A stretch of 64,000 nt of DNA from a virus. Its lineage: Duplodnaviria; Heunggongvirae; Uroviricota; Caudoviricetes. Each line of letters starts with the position of its first letter. The first letter of the stretch is position 1. Of this stretch, positions 23,915 to 33,887 are shown piece after piece. Made by a program: the position numbers and the translations under genes. Under the pieces are notes generated by a model that worked only from the letters and a program-made list of their open reading frames with translations, had not been told where the DNA came from and made no database searches. Location: the IMG/VR virus record IMGVR_UViG_3300012943_000030, positions 43,698 through 107,697 of that record. One strand, 5' to 3'.

Positions 23915-24658
23915 ATGCTAGGACTAAGCCTCAAGACCTCGAACGTGCGCGACCTTTTCAAAGCGCTTCTGGAAACCAAACAATTCACCTCTGTCAATCG
24001 CGAGGCCAGCCTCCTAGGTTTTACCGGCGCAACGACAATCGAGATCGTTGGTGCCTCATTCATCGCTGACGAACCATCCATCTTTGGCGAAGTGAACCAT
24101 GACTACGTGCAGCGAGAGGAAGAGTGGTACAACTCCATGTCGCTGAACGTCAACGACATTCCTGGTGGAGCCCCTCAGATCTGGAAGACGGTTGCAGACA
24201 AGGACGGCTTCATCAACTCGAACTACGGCTGGTGCATCTACTCGGCCTCGAACGGCTTCACTCACTACGATGACGTGATGAACCAGCTCATTGACAACGA
24301 CTGTCAATACAACCGCGCCCTCATTGAGCTTCGCAAGAACCCAGAGAGCCGGCGAGCCATGATGATCTACACCCGTCCATCTATGTGGCTGGACTACAAC
24401 AAGAATGGCCGCTCAGACTTCATGTGCACGAATGCAGTGCAATACTTGATCCGCAATGGTAAGCTGCACGCTATCGTGCAAATGCGTAGCAACGACGCGG
24501 TGTTTGGCTACAAGAACGACTGGGCCTGGCAGCACCATGTGCTGACGAAGCTTGCCGCTGACCTTGAAGTCCCAGTTGGTGACATCCATTGGAATGCCGG
24601 TTCACTTCATGTCTACGCCCGCCACTACCACCTCGTAGATCCAAACTACACTGCATGA
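23915..24658 (+). CDS. thymidylate synthase (ThyA) family enzyme (ThyA or dNMP hydroxymethylase)
   Basis: RRAMMIYT..FMCTNAVQYL..QMRSNDAVFGYKNDWAWQHHV aligns with ThyA [38 protein letters not shown] (catalytic Cys retained). Confidence 0.65.
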   Translation: MLGLSLKTSNVRDLFKALLETKQFTSVNREASLLGFTGATTIEIVGASFIADEPSIFGEVNHDYVQREEEWYNSMSLNVNDIPGGAPQIWKTVADKDGFINSNYGWCIYSASNGFTHYDDVMNQLIDNDCQYNRALIELRKNPESRRAMMIYTRPSMWLDYNKNGRSDFMCTNAVQYLIRNGKLHAIVQMRSNDAVFGYKNDWAWQHHVLTKLAADLEVPVGDIHWNAGSLHVYARHYHLVDPNYTA

Positions 24659-24831
24659 AGCAGGACGATTGGAAGCCTGTAAGCACTGGTGATTATCTCG
24701 CCGACATGCAGATCACCTTCGAACAGGCTGTAGACTTCTGGACAATTGTGTGCCATGAAGATCAAGAGAAGGGCCGAGAAGCTGCCATCAAGAGAATTGA
24801 AGAATACAGGAGAGAACATGAAGACGTGTGA
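24655..24831 (+). CDS. small hypothetical protein
   Basis: ATGA junction with the thyA-family gene. Confidence 0.3.
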   Translation: MKQDDWKPVSTGDYLADMQITFEQAVDFWTIVCHEDQEKGREAAIKRIEEYRREHEDV

Positions 24832-25060
24832 GTGCAAGGTATGTGTTGATGAGCGGCGTTGGAGAGATGCGCTCAACATCACAACACCTGAGGCTGAGAA
24901 GGTCTTCAGAGAAATGATCATGCGCCTCGAGGCCGCTGAGACAGACGCGTGCGTTTCAAGCGAAATCTTCAAGGGGCGGTGGCCAGGTTCACAAGAGATC
25001 CTAGAGAGATCACTTTCAATCGTGCGTCAGTCTCAAAACGACGCAACCTGCGCCTGCTAA
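24818..25060 (+). CDS. small Cys-rich (zinc-binding?) protein
   Basis: RBS AGGAGAG. CECKVC...C..C motifs. Confidence 0.3.
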   Translation: MKTCECKVCVDERRWRDALNITTPEAEKVFREMIMRLEAAETDACVSSEIFKGRWPGSQEILERSLSIVRQSQNDATCAC

Positions 25061-25163
25061 ATAAAACGCTCATTCACGAGCCGCAGATTACGCGTTGTGC
25101 CAGCTATGGTATAATGTGGGACACGTGCACTCGTGCATGGAAATTCAACAACATGGAGATTAT

Positions 25164-25733
25164 ATGAAGAAGACAATTATCGCCCTCGTCGCCACCCTCG
25201 CTGTCGGTGTAGCTTCGGCTGCAGACCTCAGCTCAGTTGGCGAAACTGGCAAGGTTGTTACTGCTGAGACTTCGTTTGACGTCAGCAATGGCATCAACTA
25301 CGAAGGCGCATCACTGGGTGGCCAGCTGAACCTCGGTGCCAAGGGCTCGATCGCTCTTGACGTGGCATCTGACAAGAACTTCAGCGACGCACTCGTGACA
25401 GCAACCTACGCGAACGGTGGCAACATCGGTCCTGTGAAGCTCGTCGGCGCACTGTCGCTTGGTCGCGTTATCGATGCTGAAGTCAACGGTGCCGCCCTGG
25501 CAGTTGAAGGTCAGTTCAAGCTGGTCGGTCCGTTCGTCGGCTTCGTCGGCGGTCAGGAAGCCCTCCTGTTCGGTGACAGCCGCTTTACTGGTGCTGCTCG
25601 CGTGTCAACGGCTTCGGCTGGTACGTACGTGAAGCTCGGCTCACTGGTTGGCAAGGTTGGCTACGGTCGCAGCTGGTACGGCTCAGGCATCCACAGCAAC
25701 GGTGTTGTGGCTTCACTCAGCCTCAAGTTCTAA
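25164..25733 (+). CDS. secreted Gly/Ala/Val-rich protein (outer-membrane or periplasmic?)
   Basis: RBS GGAG. Signal peptide MKKTIIALVATLAVGVASAADL. C-terminal ...SLSLKF (beta-barrel-like terminal Phe). Confidence 0.5.
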   Translation: MKKTIIALVATLAVGVASAADLSSVGETGKVVTAETSFDVSNGINYEGASLGGQLNLGAKGSIALDVASDKNFSDALVTATYANGGNIGPVKLVGALSLGRVIDAEVNGAALAVEGQFKLVGPFVGFVGGQEALLFGDSRFTGAARVSTASAGTYVKLGSLVGKVGYGRSWYGSGIHSNGVVASLSLKF

Positions 25734-25754
25734 GCTCTAACGAGCCTGAACGGA

Positions 25755-25782
25755 AAGGGCGGGCAACCGCCCTTTCTTTTGC
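25755..25782 (+). terminator. rho-independent terminator
   Basis: AAGGGCGG-GCAA-CCGCCCTT followed by TCTTTTG. Confidence 0.6.
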
Positions 25783-25796
25783 CTCGAGGTTGGTGG

Positions 25797-25826
25797 TTTA
25801 CTGGTGATCACTCATGTGGTACAATG
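25797..25826 (+). promoter_or_regulatory. sigma70-like promoter TTTACT-N17-TACAAT
   Basis: Located right after the terminator and before the CDS at 25854. Confidence 0.4.
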
Positions 25827-25853
25827 GCCACACGGTCTTCACAGGTGGTCGTT

Positions 25854-26252
25854 ATGATCCAGTTTTTCTTCACTCGCGCTGAACTCGAACAGCTCCTAAA
25901 GGAGCTTGATGCCAAGGTGGATCAGCCACGGATCGTACGGGCGCCAATGAGCGAGAACATCCCGAACGAAGTGCAGACGATCTACATCACCCGTCGCAAC
26001 ATCAAGACCCTCCTGTCGAAGCTCAACCGAGCAGAAGCCGGTGAGCCGACGGCGTGCACTGTGATCAAGCGAGACACAGAACACGCAACCTACCCGTGCT
26101 CATGTGAAGCGATGCTTACAGCGCTTACCGCGGTGGACCGTGTTCCACTGGGCATCGACGGCGCCATCATCTACGCCCTTGAAGACGATGAGTACTACGT
26201 CGACCGTGAGCCTGGCCCAGTTCACCACAGGGACATAGGAGCGCTCTTATGA
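25854..26252 (+). CDS. hypothetical protein
   Basis: RBS AGGTGG. 132 aa. Confidence 0.45.
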   Translation: MIQFFFTRAELEQLLKELDAKVDQPRIVRAPMSENIPNEVQTIYITRRNIKTLLSKLNRAEAGEPTACTVIKRDTEHATYPCSCEAMLTALTAVDRVPLGIDGAIIYALEDDEYYVDREPGPVHHRDIGALL

Positions 26253-26566
26253 AGATCGAGCTTGACAATAGCTATCGCTCCCAGTGGGAGTTGATCTGCA
26301 AGAAGGTCATTGCTGCCATCAAGGCAGAGCGCAAGAAGCGGAACGACGAGATCGACGCCGACCTGGCAGCCATGAACCCATTCAAGCGCTGGCTTTACGC
26401 TAGCAGCGACAGCGTCATCACCGAGAAGGTCCTAGCAGGCCTGCACGCTGACAAGACGTTTGAGCTGGCGCGTGTACTTCTGCTCGCCGTCAATGACGCT
26501 AACACGAACGTAATCACGCTGACCGCCCACGAATACGACATGTTGATCGACTGGTCGCGCGACTGA
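26249..26566 (+). CDS. hypothetical protein
   Basis: 105 aa, ATGA overlap. Confidence 0.45.
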   Translation: MKIELDNSYRSQWELICKKVIAAIKAERKKRNDEIDADLAAMNPFKRWLYASSDSVITEKVLAGLHADKTFELARVLLLAVNDANTNVITLTAHEYDMLIDWSRD

Positions 26567-26803
26567 ATGGGCGTTCACTGTCATGCTGGCACCATGGAAG
26601 GTGGGCTGACGCCGATCTGCAACCGCTGCATGATCACGCTGTGCTGGGACATAAGCGAGCAAGAGTACGAAGAGCACCAGAAGTTCTGGGATGCTTGGAT
26701 CTGCGAGGAATGTAACGGCGGCGAAAAGTTCAGCAAGAGCTTCTACGAGAAATACACAACAAAAGAACATGAAGTACCTTTCACAAACGACCGCCGCATT
26801 TGA
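26567..26803 (+). CDS. small zinc-ribbon-like protein
   Basis: CHAG...CNRC...CEEC Cys/His pairs. Confidence 0.35.
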   Translation: MGVHCHAGTMEGGLTPICNRCMITLCWDISEQEYEEHQKFWDAWICEECNGGEKFSKSFYEKYTTKEHEVPFTNDRRI

Positions 26804-28496
26804 CCGCCTCGGCTTCAAGCCAAGAGCTGGACAGCTAGAAGCTGTCAACAGCATCCTTGAGGCCTTCATTGACGAGAAGGCCAAAAACGTCATCCTCAAC
26901 GCCTCAACCGGCACAGGCAAGTCCATCATTGGTGCAGCAGCCGCCGAGGCCCTGACTGCCGCCCGTGGTGCGCCAGACAACTCGATCAAGTCGTCCATCT
27001 CGCTGACAGCCACCAACGTTCTCGCAAAGCAGTACGGTGCCACGTTCGCTGAGCTTGAGAAGTACGGCAAGTACATCATGATCAAGGGCGCCAGCAACTA
27101 CGATTGCGACGCCCTCTCAACGCCAGCCGAGCCCACCTTCGCCGACGCCTGTGCCTGGTTCACGATGATCAAGGATAAGTCCTTCGAGGCCACCCTTCAG
27201 AGCACCTGCAACCAGTGCGAGTACCTGAAGATCAAGCAGAAGAAGAACCTGGTTCGCCACCTCACAACGAACTACTCATACTACTTTGTTGACCGCATGT
27301 ACACGGGTAAGTTCGAGAACCGCGACCTCATCGTCTGGGACGAAGCTCACCTTGTCAATGATCTATTCAGTGAGCACAACGCCATCTACTTCTCACAGAA
27401 GCGTATGCAGCAGTTCGCCGAGGAGATCAACACGACCGTCGGCTTGACTGACGTGAAGATAGCCAAGCTGCTGCAGTCCCTCGCGAAGGACTGTGGTACG
27501 CCAGGCAAGATCACTGAGGTCAACTACAAGGCCTACCTCAACGCCCTCATGGAGGTCTACACCTACGCGAAGGAAGCAGGACAGGCTGCAGCGCAGACGG
27601 CGCTCAGCTCGGGCCACCCGCAGAAGTACACGAAGCTGACGCGCTTTGCCAAGAAGTACGAGGGCCTCTGCTGCAAGATTGACGACCTCTTCAACTACGA
27701 CTACGAGCACGTGTTCGAGTACAAGGAAGAAGACAAGGCCGTCTCCATCAAGCCGATCTTCGTCGGCTCAATGATCGAGGCGCTGCAGTCAGCTGATCAC
27801 AACCTCTTCATGTCGGCAACGGTCTCAGAAGAGTTCATGGTGAAGACCCTGAACCTCGACCCGGCGCAGACGAAGTTCATCAAGCTGCCACCATCATTCC
27901 CGAAGGAGAACAAGGAGGTCGTGTTCTTCGACCCGCTCTCGCTCGGCTACAAGTCGCTGCAGGACCCGAAGGTCGTTGCTCAGCTGCGCAAGAACGTGGC
28001 GAAGGTCGTCAAGCACCACGTTGATGCTGGTGATCGCGGTATTATCCTGACGCCAAGCTTCAAGCTGCAGAACGAGATCGTGGCAGAGATCATCAGCGTC
28101 AAGGGCTACAAGCTGTTCGAGCATCGTCAAGGCGAGAAGCTTGAGCACATCCTCACGGCGTTCAAGTCGTATGCTGGTGGCCCAGCCGTGCTGATCTCAC
28201 CATCCATGTTTGAAGGCATCGACTTGCCAGGCGACCTTTCACGGTTCCAGGTGTTGGTGAAGGCGCCGTTCCCATCGCTTGGCGACAAGCGCATGAAGTT
28301 CATTCTTGACAAGCACCCGTCCATCTACAACATCATCACCGTGATGAAGGCAGTGCAAGGTGCTGGCCGTTCTGTCCGCTCAGCTGAGGACCACGCCACC
28401 ACGTACTGCATGGACGCTAACCTTCAGCGCCTGTGGACTGGCCACTTCAATGTGTGGAAAGACGAGTTCAACACGAGGTTCACCAAGTTCCTATGA
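26769..28496 (+). CDS. DinG/Rad3-family ATP-dependent DNA helicase
   Basis: Walker A NASTGTGKS, DEAH box VWDEAHLVND, C-terminal helicase motifs (VLVKAPFPSLGD, QGAGRSVRS). Confidence 0.7.
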   Translation: MKYLSQTTAAFDRLGFKPRAGQLEAVNSILEAFIDEKAKNVILNASTGTGKSIIGAAAAEALTAARGAPDNSIKSSISLTATNVLAKQYGATFAELEKYGKYIMIKGASNYDCDALSTPAEPTFADACAWFTMIKDKSFEATLQSTCNQCEYLKIKQKKNLVRHLTTNYSYYFVDRMYTGKFENRDLIVWDEAHLVNDLFSEHNAIYFSQKRMQQFAEEINTTVGLTDVKIAKLLQSLAKDCGTPGKITEVNYKAYLNALMEVYTYAKEAGQAAAQTALSSGHPQKYTKLTRFAKKYEGLCCKIDDLFNYDYEHVFEYKEEDKAVSIKPIFVGSMIEALQSADHNLFMSATVSEEFMVKTLNLDPAQTKFIKLPPSFPKENKEVVFFDPLSLGYKSLQDPKVVAQLRKNVAKVVKHHVDAGDRGIILTPSFKLQNEIVAEIISVKGYKLFEHRQGEKLEHILTAFKSYAGGPAVLISPSMFEGIDLPGDLSRFQVLVKAPFPSLGDKRMKFILDKHPSIYNIITVMKAVQGAGRSVRSAEDHATTYCMDANLQRLWTGHFNVWKDEFNTRFTKFL

Positions 28497-28972
28497 CCAT
28501 CGCAATCTACCCAGGTACCTTCGACCCGATTACCAACGGCCACCTCGACATCGCCATACGCGCAGCCGAGATGTTTGATAAGGTCATCGTCGCCGTCCCA
28601 GAGAAAAGCTCTAAGAACACCATGTTTAGTTTTTGTGAGCGTGTTGCTCTTCTAGAAGCTGTCTTCGCTGATGTACCAAGAATTCAGGTACACGGCTATG
28701 ATGGTCTGACTGCTGCGCATGCCAAGTTCAACGGCTGTTCAGCCATGATCCGTGGTCTGCGCGCCACATCTGACTTCGAGTATGAGTTCCAGCTGGCTCA
28801 CATCAACCAGCACCTAGCACCATGGCTCGACACCGTTCTTCTGCCAGCCAGAACTGATCACACGTTCATCTCGTCAACGATGATCCGTGAGATGATCCGC
28901 TATGGAACCGACATCAGCCCATTTGTACCGCCAGCCGTAGCTGCTGCCGTAGCGGCCAAGCAAGGAGCATAA
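28493..28972 (+). CDS. coaD: phosphopantetheine adenylyltransferase
   Basis: MTIAIYPGTFDPITNGHLDI and the rest of the 159-aa protein match CoaD. ATGA overlap with the helicase. Confidence 0.8.
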   Translation: MTIAIYPGTFDPITNGHLDIAIRAAEMFDKVIVAVPEKSSKNTMFSFCERVALLEAVFADVPRIQVHGYDGLTAAHAKFNGCSAMIRGLRATSDFEYEFQLAHINQHLAPWLDTVLLPARTDHTFISSTMIREMIRYGTDISPFVPPAVAAAVAAKQGA

Positions 28973-28973
28973 G

Positions 28974-29270
28974 ATGAATTCATTGAAACCATTTCTGAGG
29001 TTTGTGACCCGTGGTGGTGAGAACGGCAAGGTCGACCTCATCATTGGTACGACGTTCAAGGGAACCGACTGCCCGCTCAAGCCAGACACGACATACGAAA
29101 TTCGCGACATCATGGACGAGCTCGTGATCATGGAGGTTGGCAAGAGCGCGATGGATGAAAAGATGTGGGGGCATGACGTCAGCTCTCTCATCGAGTGTTA
29201 CAAGTCGCGCCTGTTCCTCACTGAGGCTGAGTACAAGCGCGCCTGCGAAAGCGGAGCTGCCAAGGAATGA
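28974..29270 (+). CDS. hypothetical protein
   Basis: 98 aa. Confidence 0.45.
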   Translation: MNSLKPFLRFVTRGGENGKVDLIIGTTFKGTDCPLKPDTTYEIRDIMDELVIMEVGKSAMDEKMWGHDVSSLIECYKSRLFLTEAEYKRACESGAAKE

Positions 29271-29593
29271 AGGTCTTCATTTCAAGCCCATACAGCGGCG
29301 ATGTGACCGGCAACATCAAGCGCCACATGGACGCTGCTGACAGCTTGATGAACCTCGGGTACATACCGTTCATGGGGCTGCTTGTGCACTTCCATGACAT
29401 CGTTCACCATCGTCCGTATGAGGACTGGTTGAAGTACTGCATGGCGTGGATTGAGGAGTGCGACTGCGTCCTTCGTTTACCTGGCGCATCTTCTGGCGCC
29501 GACGCTGAAGTTGCTCGTGCCCATGAGCTTGGCATTCCAGTGTTCACGTCAATTCCTGACCTCGTCAGGTTGAGCGGAAAGGTTGTATCTTGA
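29267..29593 (+). CDS. hypothetical protein (nucleoside 2-deoxyribosyltransferase-like fold?)
   Basis: 108 aa, MKVFISSPYSGD... pattern. Weak. Confidence 0.4.
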   Translation: MKVFISSPYSGDVTGNIKRHMDAADSLMNLGYIPFMGLLVHFHDIVHHRPYEDWLKYCMAWIEECDCVLRLPGASSGADAEVARAHELGIPVFTSIPDLVRLSGKVVS

Positions 29594-29610
29594 GACAAGC
29601 AGGTGATACT

Positions 29611-29730
29611 ATGGAGCAATCACAATTACGCGAACGACGCCGACAGAGGGCTGAGTTCGTCATGAGCCTCATCAGAACGGTGGCTGCTGTGATCGCTGCA
29701 ACCGCTCTGATCATCTCACACTGGAAGTAA
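29611..29730 (+). CDS. small TM protein
   Basis: 39-aa ORF with basic N terminus and one hydrophobic helix, directly before the kinase gene. Confidence 0.2.
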   Translation: MEQSQLRERRRQRAEFVMSLIRTVAAVIAATALIISHWK

Positions 29731-29731
29731 C

Positions 29732-30310
29732 ATGACACCACAAGTATTCGGCATCGAAGGTCTTGACCGCCTTGGGAAGAGCACGCTCATCCAAGGTATC
29801 ATGGACAAGCTTGGCTTCTATCAGGTGGTCCACTTTGCGAAGCCGCAACGCCTGAAGATCTACGACAGCGCTATCAGGGAGCACGGCATCCCAGAGGGGT
29901 CGCAGTCAGCGTATCTCTACCAGGCAGAGAGCTTCCGCAACTCAATGCTGCTTGCCAACTCTGGCGCTCGCATCATCTTCGACCGCTGGCATATCGGTGA
30001 GGTTGTCTACTCACCAATGTACCGCGGCTACAGCGGTGACTACGTGTACCAGCAGGAGCTGAACACGCGGCTCGACCATCACCCGAGCCTGCGACTGATC
30101 CTCCTCATCGAGGACTTCAAGAGTGCCCGCCACTTCATCGATGATGGGCAATCGCTAGGCCCAATCGAGAAGCGTGAGGAAGAGCAGGGTCGCTTCATCG
30201 CCGCTCTCGAGCGCTCAAACATCAAGGACAAGCGCCTCGTGGTAGTCACCAATCCGAAAACCGGTGGCTTCCATTCGAAGGAAGAAATTCTCGAGTGCGC
30301 GCTGTCATGA
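29732..30310 (+). CDS. thymidylate kinase-like dNMP kinase
   Basis: P-loop FGIEGLDRLGKST (cf. Tmk xIEGxDGxGKST). 192 aa. Confidence 0.6.
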   Translation: MTPQVFGIEGLDRLGKSTLIQGIMDKLGFYQVVHFAKPQRLKIYDSAIREHGIPEGSQSAYLYQAESFRNSMLLANSGARIIFDRWHIGEVVYSPMYRGYSGDYVYQQELNTRLDHHPSLRLILLIEDFKSARHFIDDGQSLGPIEKREEEQGRFIAALERSNIKDKRLVVVTNPKTGGFHSKEEILECALS

Positions 30311-30525
30311 GCTCCAAGCTGACCCTCACCCAGGCGCTCTGCATCACCCACGCTGGCTGGATCACTGAGGCTGAGCACACTCTGTACCTTGAGGCTCAAT
30401 CGCTGGTCTACAAGGAGGCGCGGCGCCACAAGATCGATCGTGAGATCGAAGCGCTGACGTCTAACAACCAAGAAAAGCTTGAGGCCCTACGGAAGGAACG
30501 GGCTGATCTAGGAGAAGCCTCATGA
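30295..30525 (+). CDS. hypothetical protein
   Basis: 76 aa. Confidence 0.35.
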   Translation: MRAVMSSKLTLTQALCITHAGWITEAEHTLYLEAQSLVYKEARRHKIDREIEALTSNNQEKLEALRKERADLGEAS

Positions 30526-30854
30526 GCTTCAATGACCGCCCAATGCACCTCGGAGATCTCAAGATCTGCCGCAAGCACGCCCACACAGACAACAGCGTGA
30601 TCGTCCCAGTGTGGATCACGCAGTCAAATCTCGATGGACTTCAGGCCCTCATTCACGTGGTCGAGGGAATGAACCGCGATGGCAAAGGTCAGCTGTCTGG
30701 TTCCTTCGAGCTCGTCATGTTCTACCGCAACCTCGTCAACTGTATTCGCGAGGCTGAGCGAGTAGCGGTTGAAGAAGCACCAGATACACCAGCCCCAGAG
30801 CAGCGGGTGGCGCCAGCGGCGGGCGTCAACGCTCATGGTCAGCGAGACGGTTAA
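30522..30854 (+). CDS. hypothetical protein
   Basis: 110 aa. Confidence 0.4.
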   Translation: MSFNDRPMHLGDLKICRKHAHTDNSVIVPVWITQSNLDGLQALIHVVEGMNRDGKGQLSGSFELVMFYRNLVNCIREAERVAVEEAPDTPAPEQRVAPAAGVNAHGQRDG

Positions 30855-30883
30855 GTACTGATCCACCCGCGGTCGGATGCTCG

Positions 30884-30890
30884 GTAAATA
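30884..30890 (+). promoter_or_regulatory. late-promoter-like CGGTAAATA preceded by shared element ACTGATCCACCCG
   Basis: The same two-part element recurs at 34530-34566. Confidence 0.35.
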
Positions 30891-30918
30891 ACCCGTCCCA
30901 CTTGGAGCATAAAGAATA

Positions 30919-32088
30919 ATGAAGAAGATCCTCATCACAGGGTTCAACAAAAACCAGTGCACGCGTAAGTTCTACCTGCGCCAGCAGCTCAAGGTTGTTC
31001 CATCACACTACTCGCTCTTCAACTGCCTGACGGCAATGGAGTACGAGGTAGAGCAGCGGCAAGTGACGCTGGGTGAAGACCTCAGCGGCTATGATGAGGT
31101 GATCGTCTTCATCGCTGGTCCGCGCCAGCTTGTCGCCACTACCGTGTTCGAGGGGCTATGGGCCATCTCGCAGCGCCCAGATTGTATCCTTGCCTTCGAC
31201 GACTGGCAGGTGCCAGATCTTTTCAAGGGCGTTGCCAAGTGCGAGGACTGGAGCGAGCTCTCAGCTGACTTCATTCTCGGTGTCAACAAGAAGACTGACG
31301 CGGACCTCGAGCCGTACCAGAACCAGCTGCTCGCGGCCATTAAGGTGATCACGGCCAAAAAGAACCGCATGCTTATCAGCGCGTTCCGCACTGAGCACCT
31401 CAACGACGCGGCCAACTTTGGCCCACAGCTGCTGTTCGACAAGATTGATTACCCTCGTGATCGTCTGTTCGTCTACAACCCGAACCCATACCATCGCAAC
31501 CGCACAAGCACCGACGCGCTGCATGAAGGCGCCGAGGACCCAACGTGGAACCCACCGATGGACCTTCTTTTCCAGAAGGCACCACCTCCGCTCCACAAGG
31601 AACGTCGCTTCAACTTCGCCAGCCTTGTACAGTCGAAGACGCAGAAGTGGCTCAAGAAGCAGGGCTACACGGGCAATCCAAAGAACGACGAGGAGGGAAC
31701 TATCGGCGAATGGCCAGTAGACCTCTACGGCTCAAAGGCCGAGACGCAGAAGCGCCTGACTGAGGACGAGATGGTCCTAGTCATCAACCGAGATTGGGGC
31801 TGCCTCATGCCAGGCTATGAGCATGCTGGTTCTGGCTGGTGGAGAGCACGCCCACTGCAGTGCGCTGATGCCCACAGCATCCTCATTGGTGATAAGAAGG
31901 AGCTCGCTGTTTACTACGGCGCCGACTTCCCATACCTTGATCTGACTGCTACTGACATCACTGAGGCCACAGACTATGAGCTGGCACAGATCGCCGTTGC
32001 TCAATCACAGGCGCTCTACAGGCTCCACCCGCTCGACAAGCTGCCACAGCAGGCAGAACTCAACGCCATTCTGAGGGCACAGAAATGA
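30919..32088 (+). CDS. hypothetical protein; possible GT-B DNA glucosyltransferase-like (T4 bgt-like N terminus)
   Basis: N-terminal MKKILITGFNKNQ and YDEVIVF resemble T4 beta-glucosyltransferase MKIAIINMGNNV / YDRLIVV. 389 aa. Lies next to glf. Confidence 0.4.
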   Translation: MKKILITGFNKNQCTRKFYLRQQLKVVPSHYSLFNCLTAMEYEVEQRQVTLGEDLSGYDEVIVFIAGPRQLVATTVFEGLWAISQRPDCILAFDDWQVPDLFKGVAKCEDWSELSADFILGVNKKTDADLEPYQNQLLAAIKVITAKKNRMLISAFRTEHLNDAANFGPQLLFDKIDYPRDRLFVYNPNPYHRNRTSTDALHEGAEDPTWNPPMDLLFQKAPPPLHKERRFNFASLVQSKTQKWLKKQGYTGNPKNDEEGTIGEWPVDLYGSKAETQKRLTEDEMVLVINRDWGCLMPGYEHAGSGWWRARPLQCADAHSILIGDKKELAVYYGADFPYLDLTATDITEATDYELAQIAVAQSQALYRLHPLDKLPQQAELNAILRAQK

Positions 32089-33113
32089 AGATCTTGATAG
32101 TTGGAGCCGGACTTGCTGGTGCTACAGTTGCCCGCGTTCTCGCCGATGCTGGTCATGAAGTGAACGTCATTGACAAGCGAGGCCACATCGCCGGCAACGC
32201 CTATGACTTCACCAATGAACACGGCATCCGCGTTCACAAGTATGGCTCACATATCTTTCACACGAGCAATGACGAGGTCTGGAACTTCCTGAACCGCTTC
32301 ACATCGTTCGAGCCATACAAGCACAAGGTGAAGGCGCTACTGGCCGATGGTCGCTACGCCACCCTGCCCGTCAACCGCGAGACGAAGGCAATGGTTGGTG
32401 AGGAGAACGTTCTCGACATCTTCTTCAAGCCGTACACCCTCAAGATGTGGGGCATGCCGCTCGAAGCACTAGACCCATCAATCATCAAGCGCGTTCCAAT
32501 CCGCGATGACGACAATGAGTTCTACTTTCCGAACGACACGTACCAGGGTATGCCCACAAATGGCTACACGGCCATGGTTGAGAAGATGCTGGACCATCCA
32601 AGCATCTTCGTCAAGACCGGTTGCACGTTCAGCAAGATATTCGAAGGTATGTTTGACCACATCTTCAACTCAATGCCGATCGACGAGTACTACGATTTTG
32701 AGTTCGGCGAGCTACCGTACCGCTCGATCAAGTTCACTACGTTCGACCTACCAATGTCGCGCGTGCTGCCGACACCCGTCGTCAACTTCACCCACAACGG
32801 TCCGCACACCCGCATAACCGAGTGGAAGAACTATCCAGTTCACGGCAAGAACGATAGCATCACCACGCTGACGCTTGAAGAACCGTGTGACTACCGCTAC
32901 AACAACAAGGAGCGGTACTACCCGGTCAAGGACGTTGACGGAAAGAACCGCGAGACGTACAAGAAGTACGCGGCTATCCCAAATGAGAAGACGACGTTCA
33001 TTGGTCGCTGTGGGCAGTACGTCTACATCGATATGCACCAAGCAGTTGGCAGCTCGCTAGCCACCGCCAAGAGGTTCCTGCGTGAAAAAGAAGAGCTTGC
33101 TGTCGCGAGCTGA
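32085..33113 (+). CDS. glf: UDP-galactopyranose mutase
   Basis: MKILIVGAGLAGATVA...IDKRGHIAGNAYD...HKYGSHIFHT...ELPYRSIKF...HTRITEWK align along the full length with E. coli Glf. Confidence 0.85.
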   Translation: MKILIVGAGLAGATVARVLADAGHEVNVIDKRGHIAGNAYDFTNEHGIRVHKYGSHIFHTSNDEVWNFLNRFTSFEPYKHKVKALLADGRYATLPVNRETKAMVGEENVLDIFFKPYTLKMWGMPLEALDPSIIKRVPIRDDDNEFYFPNDTYQGMPTNGYTAMVEKMLDHPSIFVKTGCTFSKIFEGMFDHIFNSMPIDEYYDFEFGELPYRSIKFTTFDLPMSRVLPTPVVNFTHNGPHTRITEWKNYPVHGKNDSITTLTLEEPCDYRYNNKERYYPVKDVDGKNRETYKKYAAIPNEKTTFIGRCGQYVYIDMHQAVGSSLATAKRFLREKEELAVAS

Positions 33114-33378
33114 ACTTGACGCCTGCGCCGCCTGCATAGAAAACTTGCGCATCATCCGCAAGTTCAGGAAGGATGCTGAGTGGCTTCCGATCAATCCAGA
33201 GGACGTGCTTGCACTTCTGCCTCGCACCATTAGCGATGAAGCGATTTACAGAACGTGTTACAATATGTTCGTCCGCATTCAATGGTCATGCTCAGTGAAG
33301 CAGGACCGAACGTGGCTGCCAGTCATTGCTGACCTGCAGGCGCTCATGATGTGGCCAATCTCAACAGAACAAGCATGA
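33082..33378 (+). CDS. hypothetical protein
   Basis: 98 aa. Confidence 0.35.
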   Translation: MKKKSLLSRAELDACAACIENLRIIRKFRKDAEWLPINPEDVLALLPRTISDEAIYRTCYNMFVRIQWSCSVKQDRTWLPVIADLQALMMWPISTEQA

Positions 33379-33887
33379 AGCCGCGCTACACAAAGCAAAG
33401 AACCAAGAGCGACTGCGGGCCGGTCGCCATCCTGAACGTCATCAAGTGGGCTGGCATCAGGGCCACGTATGGTTCATCCATTGAGTACATAAAGAGCATG
33501 GCACGTTATCGGCATACTGAGGACTTCTCAGGTACCCACCAATGGGACCTGCGCCGCGCCCTCAACCGTATGAGCCGTGGTAGACTGAAGACGCGAACTA
33601 TCCCAGTCGTGCACCTCGACCAACTGACTAAGCACATCAACGCAGATGGTGCTTTCATCCTCTATCATGCTATGAGCGACAGCGACGCCCACTACACGAC
33701 GGTCGTGAAAGGCGAGGATGGTAAGTTTGACTGGATCAACATGGGTCCAGCCACAGTCATCTCGATTACGCCAGAAGAATTCGAAAAGAAGGTCATGTCA
33801 ACACAGCGCCTACACGATCAGGTCGTTGCGCTCCTCATCAAGAAGACACCAAAGCTATGCAGCCACACGTCACGAAGCCGGTCCTGA
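33351..33887 (+). CDS. hypothetical protein (papain-fold/C39-like cysteine peptidase?)
   Basis: KSDCGPVAILNVIKWAG resembles the Cys motif of C39-like peptidases. A downstream His is present. Confidence 0.35.
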   Translation: MANLNRTSMKPRYTKQRTKSDCGPVAILNVIKWAGIRATYGSSIEYIKSMARYRHTEDFSGTHQWDLRRALNRMSRGRLKTRTIPVVHLDQLTKHINADGAFILYHAMSDSDAHYTTVVKGEDGKFDWINMGPATVISITPEEFEKKVMSTQRLHDQVVALLIKKTPKLCSHTSRSRS